Positions 26,649 through 36,140 of a DNA stretch of 64,000 nt are shown here, one piece after another. Source of the DNA: a bacterium. GTDB lineage: Bacteria > Patescibacteriota > Dojkabacteria > SC72 > WJKH01. How positions within the stretch are numbered: position 1 is the first letter of the stretch; every line of letters begins with the position of its first letter. Where the stretch lies: assembly GCA_029547225.1 (NCBI GenBank), contig JAKPPS010000024.1, forward strand, positions 893 through 64,892, written 5' to 3'. Below the pieces are notes generated by a model that saw nothing but the letters and a program-made list of their open reading frames with translations, did no database searches and was not told the DNA's origin. Both the position numbers and the translations under genes were made by a program.

Positions 26649-27002
26649 ATTAATACGCATATCGATACTAGAACAAAAGGAAGAAGATCTGAAAATATTG
26701 CTGCATATTATTTAGTACGAAGAGGTTTTAATATCATAGCTAAAAATAAATATTTTAATCATCGTGAAATCGATCTATTCGTAAAATACCGGTCAAAATA
26801 TTATATTGTTGAAGTCAAATCCTCACATTTGTTTAGTGAGGAATACTCTGAAATGTTGACAGCATCAAAGATTAAAAATCTTCAATCTTGTGTCGGTCCA
26901 CTATTATCACTATATGGTATTGATAATGAGGATTATGGTGGTATAATCTACGCATATATTTATAATAATCATCTTGTAAAGTTACATCTCTTTGATGTAT
27001 AA
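26649..27002 (+). CDS. YraN (UPF0102) family protein lacking an ATG/GTG/TTG start
   Basis: Manual translation INTHIDTRTKGRRSENIAAYYLVRRGFNIIAKN...EIDLF...IVEVKS; usual position after rnhB; missing from the ORF track. Confidence 0.8.
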   Translation: MNTHIDTRTKGRRSENIAAYYLVRRGFNIIAKNKYFNHREIDLFVKYRSKYYIVEVKSSHLFSEEYSEMLTASKIKNLQSCVGPLLSLYGIDNEDYGGIIYAYIYNNHLVKLHLFDV

Positions 27003-27053
27003 TACTCAAGTTACGAAATATTCATATTTATTTGAGTATTTATATTTGTTTGT

Positions 27054-27127
27054 GGGCCGCTAGCTCATCAGGTTAGAGCAACTGCCTTTTAAGCAGTAGG
27101 TGCTGGGTCCGAGTCCCAGGCGGCTCA
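27054..27127 (+). tRNA. tRNA-Lys (TTT)
   Basis: GGGCCGC...ACTGC-CTTTTAA-GCAGT...CTGGG-TCCGAGT-CCCAG. Confidence 0.92.
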
Positions 27128-27252
27128 CTTTCTTTTCTTCTAGGACAATGCGCTTCTTAATTATGCCATTCGTGTGTCAATATATCCGAGTATATTTGCG
27201 ATCTTTTGTATAATCAATTGCATGCTCGTGCAATCTAATATATATTATCTCT

Positions 27253-28494
27253 ATGTTAAAATTTTTATTACATAGAGCTGGAAATACAAAAATTGAAGAA
27301 GTGAAAATAGGCAATAAAGTATCTTATTCCTATCAAAACTCAATACCACGAGCTTATCTTTCTATTAACGATTTCCCAATTGATGGCTTAGAAATAGATG
27401 TAAACTTTACAAAAGATAATCATGCAATTATTCATCATGATAGCGAAAGGATTGATGATTTAAGGCAGTTTATGATTGAATATCCTGATGGAGGTACCTT
27501 GATGGGTTGGTTAGTCTGGCTGAATTCAAACAACTTTTTTCAGAACCGTTATCTATATCTTGATATTAAACCGATGAATTTGAAAATAAATGCATATCGA
27601 TTTATCAAGTTAATCGAAAAATTCAGTGATTTTCCAGAAAATGTTTTTATTGGTGTTAGAAATATTGACCAAGCACTTAGGTTTCTAGTTGCAAAACGGA
27701 TAATGAATTCAAAAGTTAAAATATCGTTACAGATTCCAGTTCCTTTATTTCCAGAAAAATTACTGAATGATCTTGATAATGGAATTGAGAATCAAATTCA
27801 CATAGATCTTGAAGTTTTGAAACTTAACAGCCTAGTAAGGTTAAAGCCTGATGCGGTACATTTTTTTCATATTGACTCCATGTTAAAAAGTTTACGCTCT
27901 ACAACAGAGGGGCATGGTGAGTATGTTCAGTTCACAGATTGGATTAATTGGCATAAGAAAAGCTTCCATCTAAAAAAACTTGGAAAAATTAATAATGATA
28001 TTAGACCACACTTAATACCTGATAAAATATTGGGAATATATTTTAAACATTCAAATGGACCACAAGTCTTCCCTAACTTTATTGGTTTTCATAATATAAC
28101 AATATTAAATTTGAAAAAGTTCACATCATTAGCAAAAAAGAAGGGATACATAACTATTTCTGGTTCAACAAACAGCAAGCTTACAATTAAAAGGATGATT
28201 TCGTGGCATAGCCTAGATATGATCATGGTTGATGACGCTGAATATCTAAAAGAATATTTAGCAAATAATAAGGACTATCAACGTACAAAGTTACCTGCAA
28301 ACGCTTTTCTTGTAGAAACCGAAGCACTAATTGATGCAGAAAGAACTAATGTCGATAATATTGAAAATGAAAAAACAACTAAGTCAAAAAAGGAGACTGA
28401 AATCAAGGGCATAACTAATCAATCTGCCAGTGCTTTCTACTATGGTGAAAAGCTATATAACAGCATTATTTCCGCTATATATCCAAACTACTAG
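27253..28494 (+). CDS. Glycerophosphodiester phosphodiesterase-like protein with long divergent C-terminus
   Basis: HRAG, QNS, DGLEIDVNFTKD...IIHHD, LDIK. Confidence 0.65.
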   Translation: MLKFLLHRAGNTKIEEVKIGNKVSYSYQNSIPRAYLSINDFPIDGLEIDVNFTKDNHAIIHHDSERIDDLRQFMIEYPDGGTLMGWLVWLNSNNFFQNRYLYLDIKPMNLKINAYRFIKLIEKFSDFPENVFIGVRNIDQALRFLVAKRIMNSKVKISLQIPVPLFPEKLLNDLDNGIENQIHIDLEVLKLNSLVRLKPDAVHFFHIDSMLKSLRSTTEGHGEYVQFTDWINWHKKSFHLKKLGKINNDIRPHLIPDKILGIYFKHSNGPQVFPNFIGFHNITILNLKKFTSLAKKKGYITISGSTNSKLTIKRMISWHSLDMIMVDDAEYLKEYLANNKDYQRTKLPANAFLVETEALIDAERTNVDNIENEKTTKSKKETEIKGITNQSASAFYYGEKLYNSIISAIYPNY

Positions 28495-28559
28495 CAGTAT
28501 TTCGATTACTAAATGATACCTTATTGTGAAAATATGGGAATTATTTTTTCGATAATCTC

Positions 28560-29987
28560 TTAATTAAGACTTTTGAAATTTAATTCGTCTTCAAGAGCTT
28601 TGGCCACATTCAATATTAGTTGTTCATCGAAATGACGGCCAAAAATCTGAAAACCCGTTGGCAATCCTTCAGAAAGTCCGTTTGGTATAGAAATACCTGG
28701 CAAACCTGTTAGAGAACTAGTTTCAGCTAAAACATCAGCCATTTCACCAAATAATGGATTCAGTTGTGACACTCCTAATTTTGGTGCAATTGTAGCTGTT
28801 GAGGGACCAATAATTAAATCTACAGTTTTAAGTATATTTAAAACATCATCTCTTAATAATGCTCGTACTTTCTCAGCTTGTTTAAAGAATTCATCAGCAT
28901 AACCTGATGACAACGAAAATGTACCAGTCATAATACGTCTTTTTGCCTCACTTCCAAAGCCTTTTCCTCTTACTGCTTCATAATATTCAGCAATCTGTCC
29001 TTTTAATTCTTCTGGAACGCAATATCGTGTGCCATCATAACGACTCAAGTTCGATGAAACCTCACTGCGACATACTATTGTGTAAACTGCAATGGCATAT
29101 GCTGGATCCATCATTTCTACATCAACTATTTGCCCACCGAGAGATTTTATTAATTCGATTGTTTCTAAAGTATTCTTTCTTACACCTTCTTCAAGTTGAA
29201 GATTCATGTATTCTTTTGGTAATCCAAATTTCATGCCTTTAAAAACAGATGGATCAAGTTTAGCCAAATAATCTTCAACTGGTTTGTTTACAGATGTATT
29301 GTCGTTTTCATCTTTTCCTGCGATTGTTGAAAGTATTAAAGCTGCGTCTTCAACACTTTTAGTAATTGGACCAGGACAATCAAGTGATGAACCCATTGCA
29401 AGTACACCATATCTGGATACACGCCCATATGTTGGCTTTAGGCCAACAGTGCCACACCATGATGCGGGTAATCGTATTGAGCCAGCTGTTTCAGTGCCTA
29501 GTGAAGCAGAGCACATATCTGCTGCTACAGCTGCTGTAGATCCTCCACTTGAGCCACCAGGTATCCGACTTGTATCCCATGGATTTTTTGTTGCACCATA
29601 TGCAGATGTTTCTGTTGACGAACCATGACAAAACTGATCAAGATTCGTTTTGCCTATGATAATTGCACCTTCATCAAGAATTTTTGAAGTTACGGTAGAT
29701 TCATATACAGGCTTGTAATTATCAATGATTTTGGATGCAGAAGTAGTTCGGAGAGATCTAGTTGAAAATGCATCTTTTACAGCTATAGGAAGTCCACCCA
29801 ATTTTTTAGTTTTATCGGCTTTTTCTGCTTCTTCAATAGCTTTCTCATTTATAGTTATGAAAGCATTAATTTCAGGATTTTTTGTTTCAATCTGCTTCAA
29901 GTAATATTCTGTTAATTCAACAGGCTTTAATTCACCTTGATCAATAAGCTTCTTGGATTGTACCAATGTAAGATTTGAAAGATTCAT
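28560..29987 (-). CDS. gatA: Asp/Glu-tRNA amidotransferase subunit A
   Basis: Amidase signature GGSSGGSTAAV, GSIRLPA, EAKRRIMTG; ATGA overlap with the lgt stop. Confidence 0.97.
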   Translation of the reverse strand: MNLSNLTLVQSKKLIDQGELKPVELTEYYLKQIETKNPEINAFITINEKAIEEAEKADKTKKLGGLPIAVKDAFSTRSLRTTSASKIIDNYKPVYESTVTSKILDEGAIIIGKTNLDQFCHGSSTETSAYGATKNPWDTSRIPGGSSGGSTAAVAADMCSASLGTETAGSIRLPASWCGTVGLKPTYGRVSRYGVLAMGSSLDCPGPITKSVEDAALILSTIAGKDENDNTSVNKPVEDYLAKLDPSVFKGMKFGLPKEYMNLQLEEGVRKNTLETIELIKSLGGQIVDVEMMDPAYAIAVYTIVCRSEVSSNLSRYDGTRYCVPEELKGQIAEYYEAVRGKGFGSEAKRRIMTGTFSLSSGYADEFFKQAEKVRALLRDDVLNILKTVDLIIGPSTATIAPKLGVSQLNPLFGEMADVLAETSSLTGLPGISIPNGLSEGLPTGFQIFGRHFDEQLILNVAKALEDELNFKSLN

Positions 29988-30757
29988 GAACAAATAATAT
30001 TAGATTTTGACGATTTATTCAAGTTAATTATTATTAAAATTATAATCCCAATTATTATTGATAAAAAAGCAAATATATCGCTAGATCCGACTACAATTCT
30101 AATTTGATTAAGTAGTAACCTTATTATTCCGTAGTAAATCAAGTATATAGATGTAATAAGTAAAGGTTTCTTAAATAAATTCGATTTTTTATTTACTAAA
30201 GTAATTATAATAAAAAAGATAGCATTGAGAATCATCTCATAAGCAAATGTAGGATGATAGTATTCAAAATTTATGTATTCCGATGAACGATTTTCTATCG
30301 GTATGTAGATTCCCCACGGTAGATTTGTTGGTATGCCGTACAATTCTTTATTGATAAAATTTCCTATCCTTCCAATACATTGCAATATTGGTAAAATATA
30401 AAATGTATGATCTAATAATCTACTTAGCTTTATACCAAATACTCTTGTTAATATCGTTAATCCGATTATTCCGCCGATTATTGCTCCAAAAAAAGATAGT
30501 CCTTGCATATGAAATGAAAAAATTTCGCTAAGAGATATATTATTTAATGTCCCATTATTAGACATGCTTTTGATTACTTCTTCAAGTATAGGAATAATTC
30601 GTGCAAATATAATGCCTAAAATAAAAGGAAGAAAATAGTAAAAATAATATGAATATTTATGTTTCTTAGCATAGTTACTGTCAATAATAACTAGTTTGTC
30701 AATATAAACGATGTAGATAACAGCACAGAAACCTATTATTAATCCATAGATACTCAT
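29984..30757 (-). CDS. lgt: Prolipoprotein diacylglyceryl transferase
   Basis: GLSFFGA, GRIGNFINKELYG.PT.LPWG, HPTFAYE. Confidence 0.9.
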   Translation of the reverse strand: MSIYGLIIGFCAVIYIVYIDKLVIIDSNYAKKHKYSYYFYYFLPFILGIIFARIIPILEEVIKSMSNNGTLNNISLSEIFSFHMQGLSFFGAIIGGIIGLTILTRVFGIKLSRLLDHTFYILPILQCIGRIGNFINKELYGIPTNLPWGIYIPIENRSSEYINFEYYHPTFAYEMILNAIFFIIITLVNKKSNLFKKPLLITSIYLIYYGIIRLLLNQIRIVVGSSDIFAFLSIIIGIIILIIINLNKSSKSNIICS

Positions 30758-30836
30758 AATACTATTGTATTGATTTTACATTTGAAAATAAAGCTTCGAA
30801 AAGAGATAATTCATATATCGATATTATTGTGAATTC

Positions 30837-33059
30837 TTATATCATCAAAACCAAAGGTTTATCAGTGTTCTCTATAACAAATAATCTATGTAGTGCACGT
30901 GTAAGTGCTACGTATAATAACCTCATATCATGTTGATCCTCCGTAAAGTCATTAATATCAGCAATGATGACACTGTCGAATTCTAATCCTTTTGCCTTTT
31001 CTATTGGTAATATTTGAATGCCCTCATGGTAATTATCCTCTTTATAGCTAAATACCTGTAATGGAAGATCATTAGTATTATCGGAAAAATATTCATAAAT
31101 TGTATCTGCTTTCAAAGGTGTTCTAGTAACAATTGCTATAGAAGACGCATTCCTAGAAATTTGCTCATTAACTAACTTTTTTAAATCCACAAAATATGTT
31201 CTATTTTTGGTATTTAATACTTTTACCTCATCTCCATGTCTTAATATAGCCTTTGGTAAATCATATTCCTTCGGAAAGTAGCGAGATAGTATTTTATTTG
31301 AGTAATCTATTATTTCTACTGTTGTTCGATATGATTTGTTAAGTTTATACTGTAAGATTTCTGCTTTATCAGAAAGTATTGGATCGTTAAATATTTCTTC
31401 GACCTCAGACCATGATTGGATGTAGAATGGTGGAATAATAGATTGAGCTATATCGCCAGCTAGGTTGATATTCCCATTTTTTGCTATTTTCTTAAGAGTG
31501 AGTATTTGGAAGAGGCTTAAGTCTTGTGCTTCATCTACTGCAACATAATCTCTAATGAATTCTTTTGCGCCGTAAAGTCTAAAAAATATCCAAACAATTG
31601 GCGCAAGATCTTCAACTTTGTAATAGGTTTTGCCACCAGTACTTTGTAAATAGGACAAGGAATATTTTCGTAATTTCTCTGATTCACTTTTTTTATCAAA
31701 ATACTTCTCAAAGATGTATGCAAATTTGAATACTTCTTTGTAAATCCTGTATGGGTTAAGTCGTTTTTTAATATATGAGAGAATGCTTTTCTTTCGTGTC
31801 TCAAGGGATTCAAGATTACCCATAAAATTCCCAGTTGTTTGGTTTTTAAATTGAATTTGAGCAAAAGCATATTCCACAGAAAGTGTAATCCTCTCTTCAA
31901 AAGACATTGTGGGGTATTTACTTTTTAATTCGACAAAACGAGAGTAGATAACATTAGAGCATTTGTCGTCAATTTTATTAAGTATGTCGAGTTCGTAGTC
32001 ATTTACAAAATCATCGATAAGCTTAATAAATTTGTATGAACCTTTAATTCGTTTTATTTCATAATCATCGGATACATTTGCGAACAAATACTTGTTATCC
32101 CAATTTAATATAGTCTTTGCCCAAAAAAGGTATGTATTACGACCAATACTTTCAACACCCAATGTCGGTAGTACGTCAGAAATATAATCAATAAATATAC
32201 TGTTAGGAGCAATAATCAATGAATTCGAGGCCCTAATAGTATCTTTATAATTATAAAGTAAATAGGCGATACGATGGAGCAAAATAGTAGTTTTACCACT
32301 TCCAGCAACACCTTGGATAATAAGAGATTGATCGTTTTTTGCTCTGATAATTTCGTTTTGCTCCTCCTGAATAGTAGAAATAATATCTGTTAGTTTCTTA
32401 CCAATTTTCTTTGTTAGCTGATTTAATAGAAAAGCATCAGCAGATGAGTTACCAGTTCTTATATCGTATGCTTGAGTTATTCTTCCCAGTGACATTTCAA
32501 ATTGTCTCTTAGCGATTAATTCTCCTCGTTGAATACCTGCTGGTGATGTGAATGATGCATTATCAGTTGGGCCAGAATACATGTAATATAGATTTGTGAT
32601 GGGTGCACGCCAGTCAGTGATTAATAATTCGGATGTTTTTGGATTAAATAGTGCGTATTTACCTATACGAGTATTAATCTCTGTTGCTGGGAAAATGCCA
32701 TTAGCTTTCCTTCTGAAAATAGTTTGTCCAAAATATGGATTATCAATAAAATATAGAAAGTGATTGATCTCATCAACATGATATTTTGCTTCCTTAAGAA
32801 TTGCATTATAAGCGGAGATTGCTTCTTTCTTGTCATCACCAGTACTGTTTTCAATGACATATATCTGATTTTCTATATCTTTTTGTAAATCATCAATCTT
32901 ACTTAGTTCTGATTTAATAAGAACTGTTAACAGATTAATAACATTCTGAAGGTGAGGATTTTCTTGAGTAATAGCGGAATTTTGATTGTCGTATTTTGAA
33001 TCGGAAATCTCTGTTAGCAATTCGATCAAAGGATTGATGAATTTGCGTAGAACGACCAT
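30837..33059 (-). CDS. HelD-like SF1 helicase/ATPase
   Basis: NPYFG, DWRAP, IISTIQEEQNEIIR, GVAGSGKT..LHRIAYL, DEAQD, KGLEFD; start at MVVLRK. Confidence 0.85.
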   Translation of the reverse strand: MVVLRKFINPLIELLTEISDSKYDNQNSAITQENPHLQNVINLLTVLIKSELSKIDDLQKDIENQIYVIENSTGDDKKEAISAYNAILKEAKYHVDEINHFLYFIDNPYFGQTIFRRKANGIFPATEINTRIGKYALFNPKTSELLITDWRAPITNLYYMYSGPTDNASFTSPAGIQRGELIAKRQFEMSLGRITQAYDIRTGNSSADAFLLNQLTKKIGKKLTDIISTIQEEQNEIIRAKNDQSLIIQGVAGSGKTTILLHRIAYLLYNYKDTIRASNSLIIAPNSIFIDYISDVLPTLGVESIGRNTYLFWAKTILNWDNKYLFANVSDDYEIKRIKGSYKFIKLIDDFVNDYELDILNKIDDKCSNVIYSRFVELKSKYPTMSFEERITLSVEYAFAQIQFKNQTTGNFMGNLESLETRKKSILSYIKKRLNPYRIYKEVFKFAYIFEKYFDKKSESEKLRKYSLSYLQSTGGKTYYKVEDLAPIVWIFFRLYGAKEFIRDYVAVDEAQDLSLFQILTLKKIAKNGNINLAGDIAQSIIPPFYIQSWSEVEEIFNDPILSDKAEILQYKLNKSYRTTVEIIDYSNKILSRYFPKEYDLPKAILRHGDEVKVLNTKNRTYFVDLKKLVNEQISRNASSIAIVTRTPLKADTIYEYFSDNTNDLPLQVFSYKEDNYHEGIQILPIEKAKGLEFDSVIIADINDFTEDQHDMRLLYVALTRALHRLFVIENTDKPLVLMI

Positions 33060-33067
33060 AAGAGCGA

Positions 33068-34228
33068 CTATAACATAACTGAGATGATTTGTCCACCTCC
33101 AATGCATTTTTGACCATCAAAAAGTACACAACTTTGTCCAGGAGCGGGTGCCCATTGTTTTTGATCAAATATTACTTGATATCTCGATGAAATCTTATCA
33201 TAGTAGAGAGTACATGGAGTATCTTTTGTTCGATATCTTACAGTACCAGTAAGATTTGCAATATGGTCCAGTTTTTCATTCACTTCTTGTCCAGACTGTT
33301 TCTGTCCTATTTCATTAAGAATCTTGGTACTAGAGGAATTATGTTTATATGTTTCAATATCATTATGATTAATAATGTGCAGATCCTTGAGGATGACGCT
33401 TTGTCCCCACAGAGTATTATGTTCCTTACCTTCAGCTAAATAGACAATGTTTTTTTGAGATTCTTTATTACATACAAAATATGGTTTATGGCCACCACCA
33501 ATACGTATACCTTTCCTCTGCCCAATAGTGTATAGCCAATGCCCATTATGATAACCCAATACTTTATCGGTAACTATATCTCTAAACTCTCCTTTTTTAT
33601 CAGGTATTACGGATCTAATAAAATCTTCGACATCAACTTTACCTACAAAACATATTCCTTGACTATCTTTTTTCTCGGATACTGGAAGAGAAGCTTTACG
33701 AGCTATTTCCCTTACTTGTGGCTTATGTATGTCTGCTAATGGAAAAAGAACTTTTTCAAGTTGTTTATCTGTAAGTTGATAAAGAAAATACGTTTGATCT
33801 TTGTTTGGATCTGCTGCTTTATATAAGTATCCATCTTTCGTCTTACTATAATGACCTGTCGCTATATAATCAGCACCCTCTGCTAATGCTCTATTCAAAA
33901 ACATGTCGAACTTAATAAATTTGTTGCAAAGAATATCGGGATTTGGTGTAATTCCTGATTGATAATCCTTAAAGAACGGTTCGATTACTAATTCTCGATA
34001 TTCTTTCTCAAAGTTGTAAGTTTTATGCTCAATGTTGAGATGTTTACATATGGCGATTGTATCATCAAGATCTCTACGCCAAGGACATTGATCAGAGACA
34101 CCATAATCTTCTCCTGACCAGTTCTTCATGAAAACACCAGTGACTTCATATCCCTGTTCTTTCAGCAAATATGCTGTGGTCGCACTATCTACGCCACCAC
34201 TTAGTCCAACAAATACTTTTTTACTCAT
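33068..34228 (-). CDS. mnmA: tRNA 2-thiouridylase MnmA
   Basis: SGGVDS, TPNPDILCN, ATGHY, KDQTYFL, SQGICF. Confidence 0.98.
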   Translation of the reverse strand: MSKKVFVGLSGGVDSATTAYLLKEQGYEVTGVFMKNWSGEDYGVSDQCPWRRDLDDTIAICKHLNIEHKTYNFEKEYRELVIEPFFKDYQSGITPNPDILCNKFIKFDMFLNRALAEGADYIATGHYSKTKDGYLYKAADPNKDQTYFLYQLTDKQLEKVLFPLADIHKPQVREIARKASLPVSEKKDSQGICFVGKVDVEDFIRSVIPDKKGEFRDIVTDKVLGYHNGHWLYTIGQRKGIRIGGGHKPYFVCNKESQKNIVYLAEGKEHNTLWGQSVILKDLHIINHNDIETYKHNSSSTKILNEIGQKQSGQEVNEKLDHIANLTGTVRYRTKDTPCTLYYDKISSRYQVIFDQKQWAPAPGQSCVLFDGQKCIGGGQIISVML

Positions 34229-34287
34229 ATAAGTAATTATACCATTAATAGTTGTTTCAGAATAATTTTCGTGCTAAAAATATTAAT

Positions 34288-34821
34288 ATGAAGACAAAAA
34301 TAAATTCAACATGGTGTAAAGGAGTAATAATTCTTTCAATAATGTTCCTAGCTTTTGCATTCGGAGCATATTTTTATTTTTTAAATTTTGCTATCAACTA
34401 TAATAATACCTCGATGGCAGGTGTTCCTCAAAATATTACTGAAACAAGAGATATTGTTATAGTTAAACAATCAGATGAAACTCATTCAAAATCTTTGAAT
34501 GTAAAGATTGCAGATAGTCCCAATGAACGTACAATAGGTATGGCCTATGTAGACTGGATTTCTGAAGATGAAGGTATGCTTTTTGTGTTTGATGATGTAA
34601 CGGATTCTTCTTTCTGGATGAAAAATTGCTTGATAAACTTAGATATTATATTTATTGATGAAAGAGGGGTAATTGTTGATATACTAAAAGATCTAGCGCC
34701 TTGTTCTTCGTCAAGCTGTCCAAAGTATTATGCATCTGACAATTATCGCTACGTGGTAGAAGTGAATGGCGGATGGTCTGATAAATATGGTTTTGAAATT
34801 GGAGATAAGGTGATATTTTGA
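34288..34821 (+). CDS. DUF192 domain protein
   Basis: GMLFVF, FWMKN..LDIIFI, YVVEVNGG. Confidence 0.9.
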   Translation: MKTKINSTWCKGVIILSIMFLAFAFGAYFYFLNFAINYNNTSMAGVPQNITETRDIVIVKQSDETHSKSLNVKIADSPNERTIGMAYVDWISEDEGMLFVFDDVTDSSFWMKNCLINLDIIFIDERGVIVDILKDLAPCSSSSCPKYYASDNYRYVVEVNGGWSDKYGFEIGDKVIF

Positions 34822-34888
34822 TTTATAATATTTTGCATTTATAATATTTTCGTGTATATTTTATTATATAATTTCAATTTCCGATTTT

Positions 34889-36136
34889 ATGGATGTGATT
34901 GTAAATAAGTTTCAGGAATCTGATGCGACATTTTCATATGAGATAAGGTTTGATTCTGAATTAGTTGAAAAAATTCGTAGCCTACAAAATGTATGGAAAA
35001 GAGAAATTGAGCATAATAACCCGAGTGCTGTTGGTGCTCCATATTTTATGTCTCCCATGGTCGGTGAGTTGATTAGCGATGAGATTTTTCCTAGATGTAA
35101 GGAGCAATTTCAAAAAATCTCTAACAAAATGATAGAACAGGTAGATACAAAAGTTGTAAGTGTGCTTTATCGTGTTACTGTATGGGATACATATCAGCTT
35201 ATTTCTAGAAATGCGAAAATTGTCACCAAAATATTTGAAGAAAATAGTGATTTGAAAAATGAAGTTAATCTAAGATGGATTTGCACAGGGGCTGGCGTTG
35301 CAGAAAGATCACTAATCACATTGTTAAAAGAGAGAGGCGAGTATAAGGATGTTAGAGGTGTTACAACTGATATTAGTGCCGCAGCAATCCTTGTAGCAGC
35401 ATGTAACCTTGAAATGATGAATATTGAGGATGAAAAACCATTAATTAATGTAAGAATAGTATTTGGCTCTGTACCTACCTCTCTAAGAAATCGTCCTAAT
35501 ACTCTGGTTCTGCAGATAGATGATGCAGTAATTTCTCTCGAAAGGGAAATAGAAGATAATATTAAATATGATGCATTTCTTGCTGATAATGCTCTGCCGT
35601 ATTTCACGAGAGAAGAGGGAAGGGCAATGCTTTCTTCTGCAGTAAAATTAGTGAAAAGTAAGGGAATAATACAGGCTTTAGGTTTAAATAAAAATATGTT
35701 TGTTAAAATTCCTCTCACAAATAAGCTTAAGGCAATTTTTAATACCAATATCAAACAAGAATACAATAAGTTAATGGATGAAAAACAAAAAAAACTTGAC
35801 AAAGAGTATCAGCATGGCTATAGACATATATATATCAAAAATAAAAAAGGGATAATTATTCAAGTGATCTCTGAAGGTGCTATAGAAATGTTCTCATGGA
35901 TTCGAGAGTATCTTACAAAATTCAATCTCGATTACGCAATGAAATTAATGAAAATGGTAACAATAGGCACGGGATTATCATCATGGGGTAAATATGTCCA
36001 GACTAATACAGTAGAGTCTTATCGGGATTTGTTAGAATTATTGTTAAATACCAATTATTCTGTAATTGATTGTCCCGGAGAGGATTCTGATTGGAAAGAT
36101 ATGGTTTTAAGTACTTTTACAATTGTATTAGAATAG
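34889..36136 (+). CDS. Divergent class I SAM-dependent methyltransferase-like protein
   Basis: WICTGAG (motif I), TTDIS (motif II), YDAFLADNALPYF, KLVKSKG. Confidence 0.55.
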   Translation: MDVIVNKFQESDATFSYEIRFDSELVEKIRSLQNVWKREIEHNNPSAVGAPYFMSPMVGELISDEIFPRCKEQFQKISNKMIEQVDTKVVSVLYRVTVWDTYQLISRNAKIVTKIFEENSDLKNEVNLRWICTGAGVAERSLITLLKERGEYKDVRGVTTDISAAAILVAACNLEMMNIEDEKPLINVRIVFGSVPTSLRNRPNTLVLQIDDAVISLEREIEDNIKYDAFLADNALPYFTREEGRAMLSSAVKLVKSKGIIQALGLNKNMFVKIPLTNKLKAIFNTNIKQEYNKLMDEKQKKLDKEYQHGYRHIYIKNKKGIIIQVISEGAIEMFSWIREYLTKFNLDYAMKLMKMVTIGTGLSSWGKYVQTNTVESYRDLLELLLNTNYSVIDCPGEDSDWKDMVLSTFTIVLE

Positions 36137-36140
36137 AAAT

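Noticed and set aside
27140..27200. Short matches to the repeat family after tRNA-Lys (ATGCGCTTCTT, TATCCGAG)
   Set aside because: Too short to distinguish from chance by eye; needs a profile search
33060..33107. N-terminal extension of the HelD-like ORF
   Set aside because: Overlaps the mnmA 3' end; the ATG at 33059 follows the mnmA stop by 8 nt
35194..35802. 202-aa antisense ORF and many similar antisense ORFs (e.g. 6741-7151, 15233-15691, 23960-24499)
   Set aside because: Fully nested opposite well-supported genes, with no recognisable motifs
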